Positions 1 through 13,200 of a DNA stretch of 64,000 nucleotides are shown in pieces. The first letter of the stretch is position 1. Each line of letters starts with the position of its first letter. A program made the translations under genes and the position numbers. Source of the DNA: Phoronis australis. Its lineage: Eukaryota; Animalia; Phoronida. The notes beneath the pieces were generated by a model, which did not search any database, was not told the origin of the DNA, and saw only the letters and a list, made by a program, of their open reading frames with translations. The stretch is taken from the NCBI GenBank assembly GCA_002633005.1, contig NMRA01000612.1:1-64000 (forward strand), read 5' to 3'.

Positions 1-3000
1 CCCCCTTCCCCAAATCCGACACTCACTGGTCAGTGGCAAGATCTGACAAAACTCAGTGCAGTTACACTTGCTACGACGTGCTGCATAAATAAAACTTTTT
101 GACTTGAACTCTAAATTAAAATGCTTTTGCAGAACTATGTTGCTCTCAGATTAGGCCTACGGACGGGACGGTTATGAACTTGACTTCTGTTTCGTTGAAA
201 ATCAGAAATTTGGTCTTACGCTCCACGTAACTTTTTAAGAAAAATAATTAAATGTCACTTGACGAAAAGTGCCGCAAAGTCTCTGAGAAGTGAAAAGGTT
301 GGCCAGCGCCCGATATCAACACGATTCAAGTTACCTTGGTCAAAAAGTCCCTACCCCTTAGCACATCCAACGTGACTCAATTTGACCGGCAGTCATCGAA
401 AAGGCACTCTCATACATTGGTCAGAGCCCCAAATGTATTACCTAATTAGGAAAGTGACATTGTTCAAGCCACTTTTTCAGTTAGTATTAAAAATGTCAGT
501 GAGCACTGAGCAAAGTTCCGACACCGTGATTCGACCCCACTCTCGTTTTGTTCGCTGAAGCATTACTTGTGTGTGTAGAACAAGTGAACGGAGAAACAGG
601 CCACCCAGCCTCAAGTTCTACCACGAAGTGAATTCAGGGCATCGCTTCCCACTTCTGTTTTCATCTGCCGAAAGTAATTTATTTAGCTTGTATAATACAG
701 CTGGTGCGAATATTATAATAACAATTTAAACTCGCAATAAATGAAAAAGATAGGTTGTAGAGGACTTGTTCTAAAAAATACAGTCATATTTTTATTGTGG
801 TGAAGTTTAGATATCGCTTAAAACATTACTGATATGGTCCCAGAAATGTAGGTGAAACTCTTTGTAGTCGAAGGTAGAGGCATCTATACAAAACACAAAC
901 TCGATCTATATATGCATTTGATAACGCATCTAAACTACAACGTTTGTCTTTCAGAACAATGGATGGACAGTGGCAGAATCGTGGAGTGGCAATCGTTAAA
1001 TGAAGAATTTCACTTTTATGCGAAATATTTGTACAGCTTTTATTGGCATGTAGTTATTACTTGTAATGTGCAGTTGAAAAATTGTGACAATAAGAAGTGT
1101 AAAACCATCACCACCATGGTTATTTTCGTTTCGCGCATTGAAGTTGCATTTTGCATTGCTTAATTGGCTAAAAAGTAAATCGAATTCGGTATTTTACTTT
1201 CATAAAATCAGTTTTGTAATATGCATCACCGTGATAGGATTCTATTTTCGTTACCAACGAGTACATCGAAACTATCAGCGATTCAAAAAACACTCCACTG
1301 AGAGGAAATTCGAAGATGGCGCACGTACAAATTATTGGAAATATAACGATATCAATTTCATGAGAATAAAACGGTTAATTGGATATTATTTTCTACACAG
1401 CGAAATCCTGCTTTAACATTACAATTTGTGGCGTTCAGTACGCGCGAATTATTGGTTATAAACGTCATTGCTCAGTCTAAGACAACGTGGGCAGAAAATA
1501 AATCGCTTTTCTAAAACGTGGCTCAGTAACCACAAAAATTCCAGTACATGTTTTAATGACTGGTAGACAGTCTAAATAGAATATGTGCATTGGGAAACAG
1601 ATGTGGTGATTGGACAAAGCAAATTTCGTTTTGTAATATAAACACCTTTCATTAAAGTTTGTCGGTAAAAAAAAATGTATTGTGCAAATTGGATTGTATT
1701 ACTACTAGACGTTAGCGAATAGACTGGCTGAAAATGTGGTTTTAACGTCATACCAAATTCCTCCAAACTAAAACATACTCTACAGTATGTTTTGTTGAAA
1801 GCATCACTTCTTAAAGAGGCACGAAACGCGAAAGCTCGTCAAAATATCTTTTAAACATTTCCTGACGAAATTGCCATCTCGCAACGTCTACTACACCACA
1901 GAGTTATTCACTTTCCCCTGTGAGGAAATTTCCACGAAAAATCACAAAATTCACGATTTTCGAAATATGTGCGGAGGGAAAACACTGTAGTCACCACAGA
2001 ATTTCTAATGTTCCTCACACTTATGATGAATGCGAGCATGCGCTCTCAGTCATTCGATAAACAGCTGACAGAGAAAAAGCCATTTTCCCGAAAGCATATT
2101 AGCGGCAGATTATCACGTGTCATCGCATTGGACCGAATCTGATATCGACACCACACTATGAGGCAAGCCAGGGACTGAAGCAAGAGATTTCGAAAAGAGA
2201 ATTCCAAGTACATTTTAACATTTTAGAATATATTTGAATATTACGGTACCTTTGTAAGAGATCTCGCTCTGACGAACATAAGTAAAGTTTGAATAAAGAC
2301 AACAACTTTTCTAAAATGTAGCGGCAACGGTTTCGGCGGTAAAACATCCACCATTGTCCAGCTTTAATCAGAGAATGGATGCAAGGAGGGCTACAGGTAC
2401 AATACACAGAAATTCCAAAACACGCAGAAAGACCAGAACAGGATTGGCTAGCAATTAGCAAATTACAACTGAATCAATGTAGTGTAACAATGTCAACGAC
2501 TCGTGGCAAACCTGTGCATTGGGTGAGGGCGTTTCAAACACCGAATGTGAATGGTTCACCCAGTGTATTGTAGATCTGCAGTGATGATTGTCTGTATCCT
2601 TTTGTGGTTTCCAGTGACACGTGAAACAAAAATTGAAGAAGCACGGCAAATTCCGGCCGGGCACTGTACCTTTCACCGTTAGGTGCTGCTGACAACAATA
2701 TAACCCTTACGCCACTGCTGTGGTTTTTAGTTCTGAACCACCGTCGGTCAGTGGCTGAAAATCGTACCCTAAAAAAAGGGCGTCACTCATTATTATCTGA
2801 AAATCAAACTGTCACTGGATTTATTGCGGTTTTGGGTTTAATATGAACGACCAGCAAAAACGCATTTATATTTACATTCATAAAAATGTACAGTTTTGGG
2901 TTTAGTAATCCGTGAATCAAAATTGTTACAGGCCCCACACGTTTGCTAACATTTTTTCTACTTGAGTTAAGGACCCGAAACTTCGCATAAACTTAGTGTA

Positions 3001-4257
3001 GGCAACTCAAAATGCTGTAGCACGCTATGCGAAAATAATTTACCACTGCCTAAGGATTTTCGGGAGTGTGTAGACTACATCTCGGTTAGACGTGGAATTA
3101 TTTCGCGTTTTAATTTTGAAAAGGCGCATTATAGTCACGGGAGTTGTGCTTTTAATCAATGTGGTAGATTTGTAGCACCAATTGTTAAAGTGACTGAGTA
3201 GATTTGTCAGCTCTACCGCAGGCCGTCTTCACAAACACAATGAAGTCTGTATTTGGCGATTCAGATTCTGAGCTATCCAGAGCTCCTTTTCGAGCAAGGC
3301 CGCTCCGCTCGTGATTTCGCAGATTTTGTCAAGCACATTACGAATGTAGGATGATGCCTACTTAACTTAAACTTAACACTCACGTTATAATGTCAGATCT
3401 GTGAACACACTTTCCATTACTTTCTCGTAGTATGGTGGAAACCGGACAAATGATACCAATCTGTTGCTACCCTGAGTTAGAGTTGTGCCAGCTGGAACAA
3501 ACTTCCTCACTAGCTAGGCTTTAGTGATTGAACATCAGTGAGTAGGTACTTTTATGATAGGTTTCATGGATTACCTACGCGTTAAGTGCGATTATCAACA
3601 ATGTATATGCTAAGTCTGTTGACCTACTATAAATCATTAAACTTAAATGTTGTGACTTAGTCCTGTGTCATTTGTATCCCCATTTGTTCCGATATGCTGT
3701 TCAGACCCGATCCGTGTGTTCTCATTGTCCATTTTTAAGTTTTGTATACATATTTATAATTTCTCATTCGTTCACTAGCATGTATGCTAATGTCTATTTG
3801 TTATTCAACATATCGATATGAAATAAAAAGTTTTATGTTCTACTTGCCTATGGTTGGCCTACTCATAGACATACATCTAGGCCACACCAGCCTACTATTT
3901 TCACTGGCACACTTTTGCCATCTATTGTGCAAAATTGTAACTAATGACGTATTGCATCAACTAACATTTCTTCTCAAGTCATAAAATGGATAGTTAAATA
4001 TGCATCTTTAGAAAACTAAACTCGGAACTAATGATTCGCGGAAGAACTTACAAATCATCAGAAATTTACTAAATATATTAAATGGAAAGTTCGCTCAGAA
4101 GTGACTTTCAATTACCCAGAATCCCAAAATGGCTAATCGTGTTCCTGTCGGAATGGAACGTGTTCCTTGACTGAAGTTAGCTTTAGTTGACTATACCCCA
4201 TATAATGTTTTGTGAAGGCGATTACTTAACTGCGTGAACTTTACTGAGATAAACACA

Positions 4258-4260
4258 ATG
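4258..4260 (+). CDS. XPO6: XPO6 exon 1 coding part (ATG only)
   Basis: aaacacaATG|gtaagc strong donor; the next exon starts in phase 0 at residue 2 (AQEDSSLRALE) and has no ATG of its own. Confidence 0.65.
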
Positions 4261-7200
4261 GTAAGCAGCAGGATCGTCTCACTCAATGTTGCAAGAAGTT
4301 TATTTCCTTTCAGGAAAACGGAAAAACCCAACCCACTCAATAACTTCGTACGCGGGTTGGCCCAAATTCGTTCCAGCCTCCAGGCTACTCGGCTGTAACT
4401 GAGGAGGACTGATTGAGGACGGGAACAGTTATTCCTGCTGAATAATCTTCCCGCTACTCATTGATTTCAAACAACCAACTTACTGACCCGCTCACCCTAG
4501 ACAGGTGACCTGTCAGTAGTGAGTACCGTCAGAGGTCCTAAAGTGGTGAGTGCCCTAAAGTCGTGAACGATCTTGTTTCCTTTTCTGCGCGGTCCTGCGA
4601 CATCTGGCGTTGAAGTTACCAGCTTTCGTCTGCGTACGAACATCAAAGGAATACCCAGACGTGTTGGTATTCACAATATGATAACAAACAGTGAGTGAGT
4701 GGCTTCTTTTTTCAAATGTATCTTAAAAGCAGCATATTTCACTAATTCACTTTTTTGTGCGTTTTTGAGATATATTTTCAAAAATATGTATCATTCAGAT
4801 TAGGCAATGACCATTGCCTCTGTCGGCCCGACCAGAGGCGATGCAGCTCCTATAGGCGCTCCATACGCCGGAAGCTTTTCGGCGAATTATGCCTCGCACC
4901 GACTTAAACATCAAAGGAACATTGTTATAAATACCTTTTGCGCATAGAGGAACACCTTAGGAGGTTGTCGATGTGTTTAATTCCTTCCAACTCGAACAAA
5001 TACTCCCGTTATCAAACTTTTTCTTCGAGCAGTCCCTATTTCAGTTCCCAAAATCGTGAACTCACCATTTACTCGGCACACGCCAAGACTGAGATATGAC
5101 CTCATTCTTTTAACCAGGCCGAAGGTCAGAAGTTGCGGTCCTACTGGCGAACTTTGAAAGCTGAAGTCCCCGCCCTCTGCGTACGTGCTGCCGGGAACCA
5201 GCCGTGCATTTGCCGTGTCGTTAAACATTAAAATGTCAAATATGTGCCCAAAGACTATTAAATGTCATATCAACAGCATTTATTTTTAAAAAATACAAAC
5301 AATAATTCATTGAAATACAATCAGTTTCAAGTAACGCCAACTAAAGACAAGTAGTGGCATTTTGGAAATGAACATTTGACTGACAAGACCGCAATGGCTC
5401 ACCTTTGGCCTGTTTAAAGATTGAGGTCATGAAGTCACATCACCTATCGAGGGCGGTAAAAATTGGAGCGTGCACAGTATAAAAATGGTGAGTTCACGAT
5501 TTTGGGAACTGAACGAGTGACTGCTCGAACAAAAAGTTCGACAACGGAAGTATTTGTTCGAGTTGGAAGGAATTAAACACACTGACAACCTCCTAAGGTG
5601 TCCCTCTATGCGCAAAAGGTATTTATAACAACATGACTTTCATGCTTTAGCCAGTGCGAGGCATAATTCGCCGAAAAGTTTCCGGCGTATGGAGCGCCTA
5701 TAGGAGCTGCATTGCCTCTGGTCGGGCCAGCAGAGGCGATGGTCATTGCCTACATTCAGATTTACTCAAACACGCGCTCCAGGGGTAGCTTGAACAATGT
5801 ATCAAAATGTACCAGGGTCGATCAAGTTTTGTAAGGCCAAAACAATAAAACACAGAGCGATAATTGATGCTGGGTTCTTAGCGTTTTACATGAACACCCT
5901 CATTGAAAACATCTGTGCACATCAAAGTTGGGTGCAAAACATATAAACAATTTATTTCAATTGAAACTGAATTAATAAACAATGCAATGCATTTTTATGT
6001 CATCCAGAATAACTGTAAGCACAGTAGTTGACTTGTGTGGTCATACTTCGTGCATTTCCGTCTAAACGAAACGTTCACAACTTTAGGGCCTCATTCAAAA
6101 TGGCCGGCGATATCAGCGACTGTTTTAAAACTCTGCATACAGATACAAACAAGGATTAAGATTGTCAAAACACGTATATTCGTGAAGGCTGATATATGTC
6201 CATGACATCACATGAGCAGTTGCTAACGGACATTGGGTAGTATGACAATCAACTGCTTATTATGCTTATATTCACGACTTAAGGTCACCGGTGTATAAGA
6301 GGCTCAGTACTGCCGTTGAGTTACAGACAATGACCACTGTCTCTAGCTGTCTCAGTAGAGATGGTGTAGCTTCTATAGGCGCTTCACACACAGGAAGCTT
6401 TTTGGCGAATTATGCCTCACACCGACTAAAGCATCTAAGTCGCGTTGCTATAAATACCTTATGCGCATAGAGAGACACGTACCTTACTTAGCCTTAGGAG
6501 GCCGTCGATTTCTTTAATTCCTTCTAACTCAAACAAATACTGCTCATTTTTACACTGCGCGCGCAGTGTTAAAAATGGCCAGTCACTGATTTTGGGTACT
6601 GAACGAAGGACTGCTCGATGAAAAAGTTTGATAATGGGAGTATTTCTTTGAGTTGGAAGGAATTAAAGACATTGGCAACCTCCTAATGTGACACTGGCTG
6701 TGCAAAATCCCGGAATTACTCCCCCGGAAACACAAACTTCGGGGACAGACACAGTGAAGAGTTGTTACGGCTTGTCAGTTTTTTACAGGGTGCAACCATA
6801 AATATTGGATCACCCAAAGAAACTCGTCGAAAGCGTTTTTATTCATATGTATGTTGAGCTGCTGGAACACCGATCTGTGTCACGGAGCGCGCGGAATATT
6901 GAAAAATGCACTTATTGTGCATTAAATTCCTCATTTCTGAAATTACTGATGGCCTATTTATTTGAGCGACTGCCGACAAGCCGTTAATATTAAGAGAAGT
7001 GGTCATCATTTCAAGCTTTTTAAATTTTGCCAACACTTTCTTAATTCTGACCGATCCCGTCGAACCCGTCCAAAACAACATTCTGGTCATCCAACAGACA
7101 GCCACTGCGTAAACCCTTGATTCACTCAAGTTCCTTTGTGTTAGTCAAGTAGCTGCTGAGATGTGTAAATACTCAGCTTGCAAGTTGCCACTTGGTACGA

Positions 7201-10200
7201 GCTAGCCAAAATCTTATTTCACATTTCCAAATTTCTGGTTGCAAATGTGACCTGCAGCTTGTTATATCTCATATCACGATGTGTCAGCTCACAGACAGGC
7301 CTCATACTCCTTTGTGTTGGCTTGCAGGCAGGTATTGTTGTGATTGGTTATGAGCTGTTGTAGTTGGTTGTGATAGAAACAGTGAGTGGGATGCAGTCAC
7401 CCGGCGACTCAATGACATTTAATATCGGCCCTACTGAGACAATTCTCGAATGTTTTTTAGCAGATGAGATCAACAAGTGCTAAATGAAACACATTCTCTT
7501 GTGTTAATTTATTTAGTTAAAATGCAGATCTAGATTGTTACATCGCATTTACTCTGACAAATGAACTCGGATGACACTCACGTGCTCGCTCACTCACTGA
7601 TGCAGACGAACTTCAAAACAAATGTCACGTGACAACAACATGTGTTTGTCCAGAGATTTTTCTCATGTTGCTGGGTACGATCTACCGCAGATTTGAACGT
7701 GAAGGCAAAGGCAACCTTTTTTCATGTCATGTTTAGCAAAAAAGGTTCGTTGATTATCCCAGATATATTTTTAATTTAATTACAGCTTTTTGTAATTTAA
7801 ACAATTACTCGTCCTTTACTCCGGAACTGACGTTTTGCGAGGCAAGTATTTCTCCCCAATTTTTTTTCTTATATTCTGACTGTGAGAGCTGCTGAGTCAG
7901 TCATTGTTCTACCTCTGTTGTTATTAGTTTGGTCATCATTTGCTTTTGTTTACTAGTCAGTCAACTTGCTACACTGTTGCTGTGTACCGAGATGTACTCA
8001 TTATCGTCTCACAGACAGAGGAACAATTGTCCCACTTGCCTGAGTGTCCCGCGACGCACTCCCACTGGATGGTGACCTGAGCACACAAACTGCTTACATC
8101 CCGCGTGTGACTCCCTCGCCACGCACCTGGCACCTTCTAAGTAGCTCCAATACTTTAGACAAGTCTTCAATAAACTTATCAAAGTTTAGCTCACCGATCT
8201 GTTCATTGGACGACAAACTGTCCTTTTCACTGGGTATTGAACTGAGCCTGTATTCACTCCCTCTACTCAACATCCCAGCAGGGCTGCTTACAGGCTCTGG
8301 AAGATAATGAGTACATCCCGGCATGCAGCAACAGTGTGGCATGTTGACTGACTTGTAAACAAAAGCAAACGACAACCGAACTTGTCACAGCCGAGGTATA
8401 ACAATGACTGACTCGACAGCTCTCACAGTCACGCTATATGAAAAGAAATTAGAGCGAAATCCTTGCCTCCCAAAATGTCACTTCCTGAGTAAAGGACGAA
8501 TAATTAATTTAAGTACGAAAAGCTGTAATTAAGTGAAAAATGTTTCTGGGATAATCAAAGAACCTTATTTTTGCTAAAAATGACATTAAAAAAGATTGCC
8601 TTTCCCTTTAATATGCAGTTAATCCTGACTCCACAGGAACTTAAAAATCATAGGGACGCTATTTTGGAAACTTAAGGACTTCAGATAATTTGTTGAGTCG
8701 AAACTATATTTTTATTTAAGAATTCAAGTTGACCTCTCTGCGATCACGAAGCAGGGACCCATTAGCCGTCGAGTTTTCACCCTGGGATTTCAGCACGATT
8801 TTCTGAAAATGATCGTAATTTAACAATGAAGTTTGATAGCTGTTTTTCATCTCAATTTTGTAGAAAGTCTATCATGAGTTACAGCTGCGTCACGGAGTGT
8901 AAATTTGATGAATCTTAGCTTACGATTTCACATGTTTCGGAGACCAGGTTTCAACTACTTTGGACTGAAGCCAATTTTTCTTAGCGCCCTAGGCACTTAT
9001 TAGGGCGAATATGGTACTCAAGATTTTCTGATTTGATAAAAGCTCTTTTATTGACTGAAAACTCAATGCACGTGTAATGATTTATCATTTATGGTACATT
9101 GGTGTAATAGGCATTATGGTTGTTGTCGGGTGTTCTTGGTTTCGTCATCAACCTCACCTCTAAATTCACTGGCATGTATTCAGAAACATTGAATTAATCA
9201 ACAAATGATACTTGGAAAAGCACTCAAGAATAACCCCTGAGAAGGTGCTTGGTCTACTTTTTGCTTTCATGGTCTATGATACAAAGCTGGTTTGACATCA
9301 GCTTGTACTTACTGAGTTGCGGTCTACCTGTCAACATGCTCGTCACTCGACATGCCCATGACTCAACATGCCTGTGACTCGACATGCCCTTGACACGATA
9401 TGCCCGTGACTCAACATGCACGTGACTGGACATGCCCGTGACTCGACCNNNNNNNNNNNNNNNNNNNNNNNNNNNGTGACTCAACATGCCCGTGACTCGA
9501 CTCACCCGTGACTCGACACGCCCGTGACTCGACATGCCCGTGACTAGACATGCGCGTGACTCGACATGTCCGTGAATCGACATGCCCGTGAATCGACGTG
9601 CCCGAGACTTGACATGCCCATGACATGCAAAGTTAGACAAAAAAGACTGATGGGAAATATAAAGACAATGAAAACTTCAAAAAATAGTGTTAATATAAGT
9701 GATTTGGCAATAGTCACTTGCGGTGTTCCTGATTTTGCTGGAACCAGTTTAATGCCTGTTATTCAGTGGAGAAAACTGGTTCTCCCAATGTTGGAGCACT
9801 GTAAGTAACTATTACCAGTGATTTTAAACTTCTCAAATTTGCAGTAACTGGAAAGGGTTCTCAGTTTACATTCGTGTCAAATCATTTCTCTAGAAGGAAA
9901 TGAATTAGAGTTTTGCACTTTAGAACCAAGTTATGGAATTACTGTCTTGATGTTATCATTTGACTTCTGGGAGATGTAAGTCAAAAATGAAAGTGTGATA
10001 TTGATTGTAATGAGCATTAAGTGTTTTAAGCACCATTACCACTGTCATGGTGTGTTATTACAAAATGTGGACTACAGGAACTCTTGCATGATAGAAAAAG
10101 CTATACTGTAGCTGTATTATTTTTGTAACTTGTCTGTAAACTTGTGTTTTTAAGTCATATGATCTAAAAAGAACGTAAATATTAGATTTAAAATAGTTTT

Positions 10201-13200
10201 GCTCTATTCAAGCTTGTTTATTAAACTTCTTGATAACGTTTACAAAGCTTTAACCTCAAGTGACCCCTTACTAACATTGCAAGGTTACTAATGAAAAGTT
10301 TTGGTTTTGTTATTTTGTGACATATTTTGCTTGAAATGGACAAAGAAAAATATTCCTGTTTACAGGTAATCCACGATGTCTTAGTTGTAGTCTGGACCCC
10401 TATGTTTATGTATCCTTAACTAATGCAACGTTTTGTAAGTAAAGTATGCTCTGTTCAAATAATCTTTGCAAAAATTCAGGTCATTTTCTTCTCCCGTTTA
10501 AATGGGTCAACACGCGCAAGATCCGCCATCTTGAAAACAACTTCCGGTTTTTTGGGTTGATATAATAGCATGTCATAAAAAACTAATATCCGTAAAACTT
10601 CGAAGGAATTGGCCTTATAATGCGCCCTCTACAGGAGAAAACGTTATTTGGCCAAAATCGAGGTGAGCATGCACGATCGCTGATATTTCCGCCATCTTTG
10701 AACGAAAGTGAACAATTTCCAGTATACATATAGTGCACATCCGATCCACTAATTGTGCCGATTTTCAGCTCTGTACGTAAAAAATTGTAGCCTCCAGAAG
10801 CCTTTGAATCTTAAAATGAAAACAAAATGGCCGCCACAGTCGCCATCTTGGATCCGATTTTGACGAAAAACAATAGGCTTCCAGTACTTCTGGAACTACA
10901 TGTTATGTGTAAATTTTGTGATGATCGGACGGAAATTTCGACCTGTATCGTGCGAACAAACAAAAAAAAAACAAACTTAGTGGAAGAGCAACATACTTGT
11001 AACAAGCCAGTTACGGTAGCTAAAGCTATGCTGTCGAATGCAATACTGAAAATTTTAAGGTCACTGGGATGCAGAGCAATGTTCCTAAAAAGGATTCCTA
11101 AGCACATTTTTATTGTTGTGCAAACTGATAATTTGAAATGATTTGTTCTTTTTACAGGCTCAGGAAGACTCCTCTTTAAGGGCCCTGGAGGCGTTATTAA
11201 GCGAATTTTTCTTCGTGAAAACTTCAAATGAAAGAAAAAGAGAAATAGGTATTGTTATTTATGTATTGCATGGGAAAGTACAAGTTTCTTCTATTTGATT
11301 AAACAAATATGCCACTGGTTTATCTTGGAAGAGTTCAGTCTTCCTTGTTCATCTTGTACTTTTCACTTCTTAGTCAGTTGATAAATGTTGGTGCCGACCA
11401 GATATGTGTTTAACAATTGAGTAAAACTGAATGACAAGTTTAATAAGTATGTGGATGAAGGTACACTGTATGCTGGCATGTTTTCATTTTAAGATTCACA
11501 GTGCCCTTGAAATTCACTTACTGATACTGGCTAGAGAACAGTCAATTCACTAACTGATTCTGGCTAGAGAACAGTCAATTCACTAACTGATACTGGCTAG
11601 AGAACAGTCAATTCACTAACTGATACTGGCTAGAGAACAGTCAATTCACTAACTGATACTGGCTAGAGAACAGTCAATTCACTAACTGATACTGGCTAGA
11701 GAACAGTCAATTCACTAACTGATACTGGCTAGAGAACAGTCAATTCACTAACTGATACTGGCTAGAGAACAGTCAATTCACTAACTGATACTGGCTAGAG
11801 AACAGTCAATTCACTAACTGATACTGGCTAGAGAACAGTCAATTCACTAACTGATACTGGCTAGAGAACAGTCAATTCACTAACTGATACTGGCTAGAGA
11901 ACAGTCAATTCACTAACTGATACTGGCTAGAGAACAGTCAATTCACTAACTGATACTGGCTAGAGAACAGTCAATTCACTAACTGATACTGGCTAGAGAA
12001 CAGTCAATTCACTAACTGATACTGGCTAGAGAACAGTCAATTCACTAACTGATACTNNNNNNNNNNNNNNNNNNNNNNNNNNNNNNNNNNNNNNNNNNNN
12101 NNNNNNNNNNNNNNNNNNNNNNNNNNNNNNNNNNNNNNNNNNNNNNNNNNNNNNNNNNNNNNNNNNNNNNNNNNNNNNNNNNNNNNNNNNNNNNNNNNNN
12201 NNNNNNNNNNNNNNNNNNNNNNNNNNNNNNNNNNNNNNNNNNNNNNNNNNNNNNNNNNNNNNNNNNNNNNNNNNNNNNNNNNNNNNNNNNNNNNNNNNNN
12301 NNNNNNNNNNNNNNNNNNNNNNNNNNNNNNNNNNNNNNNNNNNNNNNNNNNNNNNNNNNNNNNNNNNNNNNNNNNNNNNNNNNNNNNNNNNNNNNNNNNN
12401 CTCCTCATACCTGTGTAATGTCTACTGCCACATCATTGAGCTCCTCATACCTGTGTAATGTCTACTGCCACATCACTGAGCTCCTCATACCTGTGTAATG
12501 TCTACTGCCACATCACTGAGCTCCTCATACCTGTGTAATGTCTACTGCCACAACATCTTACCAATTAAAAAAAATAATTGGTAAAATTGACTTTTCTTTA
12601 TTTTTCAATGGCTTCTAAATGTGTTTTGAATCCCCAGTTTCTCAAAATACTGTCTGAAAGTGGTACCACCAGACGTTCATCTAGTGTACATGCTGGGTGA
12701 CTTAAACAGACACCCTGACATAAACTTAGATGCCCAAGTTAAGATGCCTTGATCAGCATTTGGATGTCTAAGTTAGGATGCCTTGATCAGCATTTGGATG
12801 TCCAAGTTAGGATGCCTTGATCAGCATTTGGATGCCCAAATGAAGTGAGCACAAGTAAGCATTGGTGTCTCTTTCAACTCTATTCAACTCTAGCAGCTCA
12901 TTGTCCTGTCCAGAATAAAACGTTAGTTCAAATATGATGTAAAATACAGTATCATTCTATACTATATTAACAATTTCACTTGAGGTCATCAAAACCCAGT
13001 CACGTGTCAGTGGCCATGGACACCTTGAGAAACTGGGAAACCCATTTTCAAAGTTCTATTTTTGAAGTCCTGGTTGAGCTCCTGTATCAGTGGTATAGAA
13101 CTTGAAATTACAAAGCATTTAGTTAATACTACATAATCCTTCATGAAAAAATGAAACATTTCACTTGTGTGCCATATTGTGTCCTAAATTGATGTGATCT

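Noticed and set aside
9254-9640. Repetitive ORFs (GMSSHGHVESRA)n
   Set aside because: Artefact of a 16-bp minisatellite spanning an N gap
11374-11460. AG...GT-bounded segment tested as the missing XPO6 exon 3
   Set aside because: Immediate in-frame TGA in the required phase and no similarity to XPO6
11518-12056. Regular 33-bp repeats resembling a CRISPR array
   Set aside because: Head-to-tail with no unique spacers, in a eukaryotic intron, and no cas genes
12037-12408. 123-aa ORF
   Set aside because: Consists almost entirely of Ns
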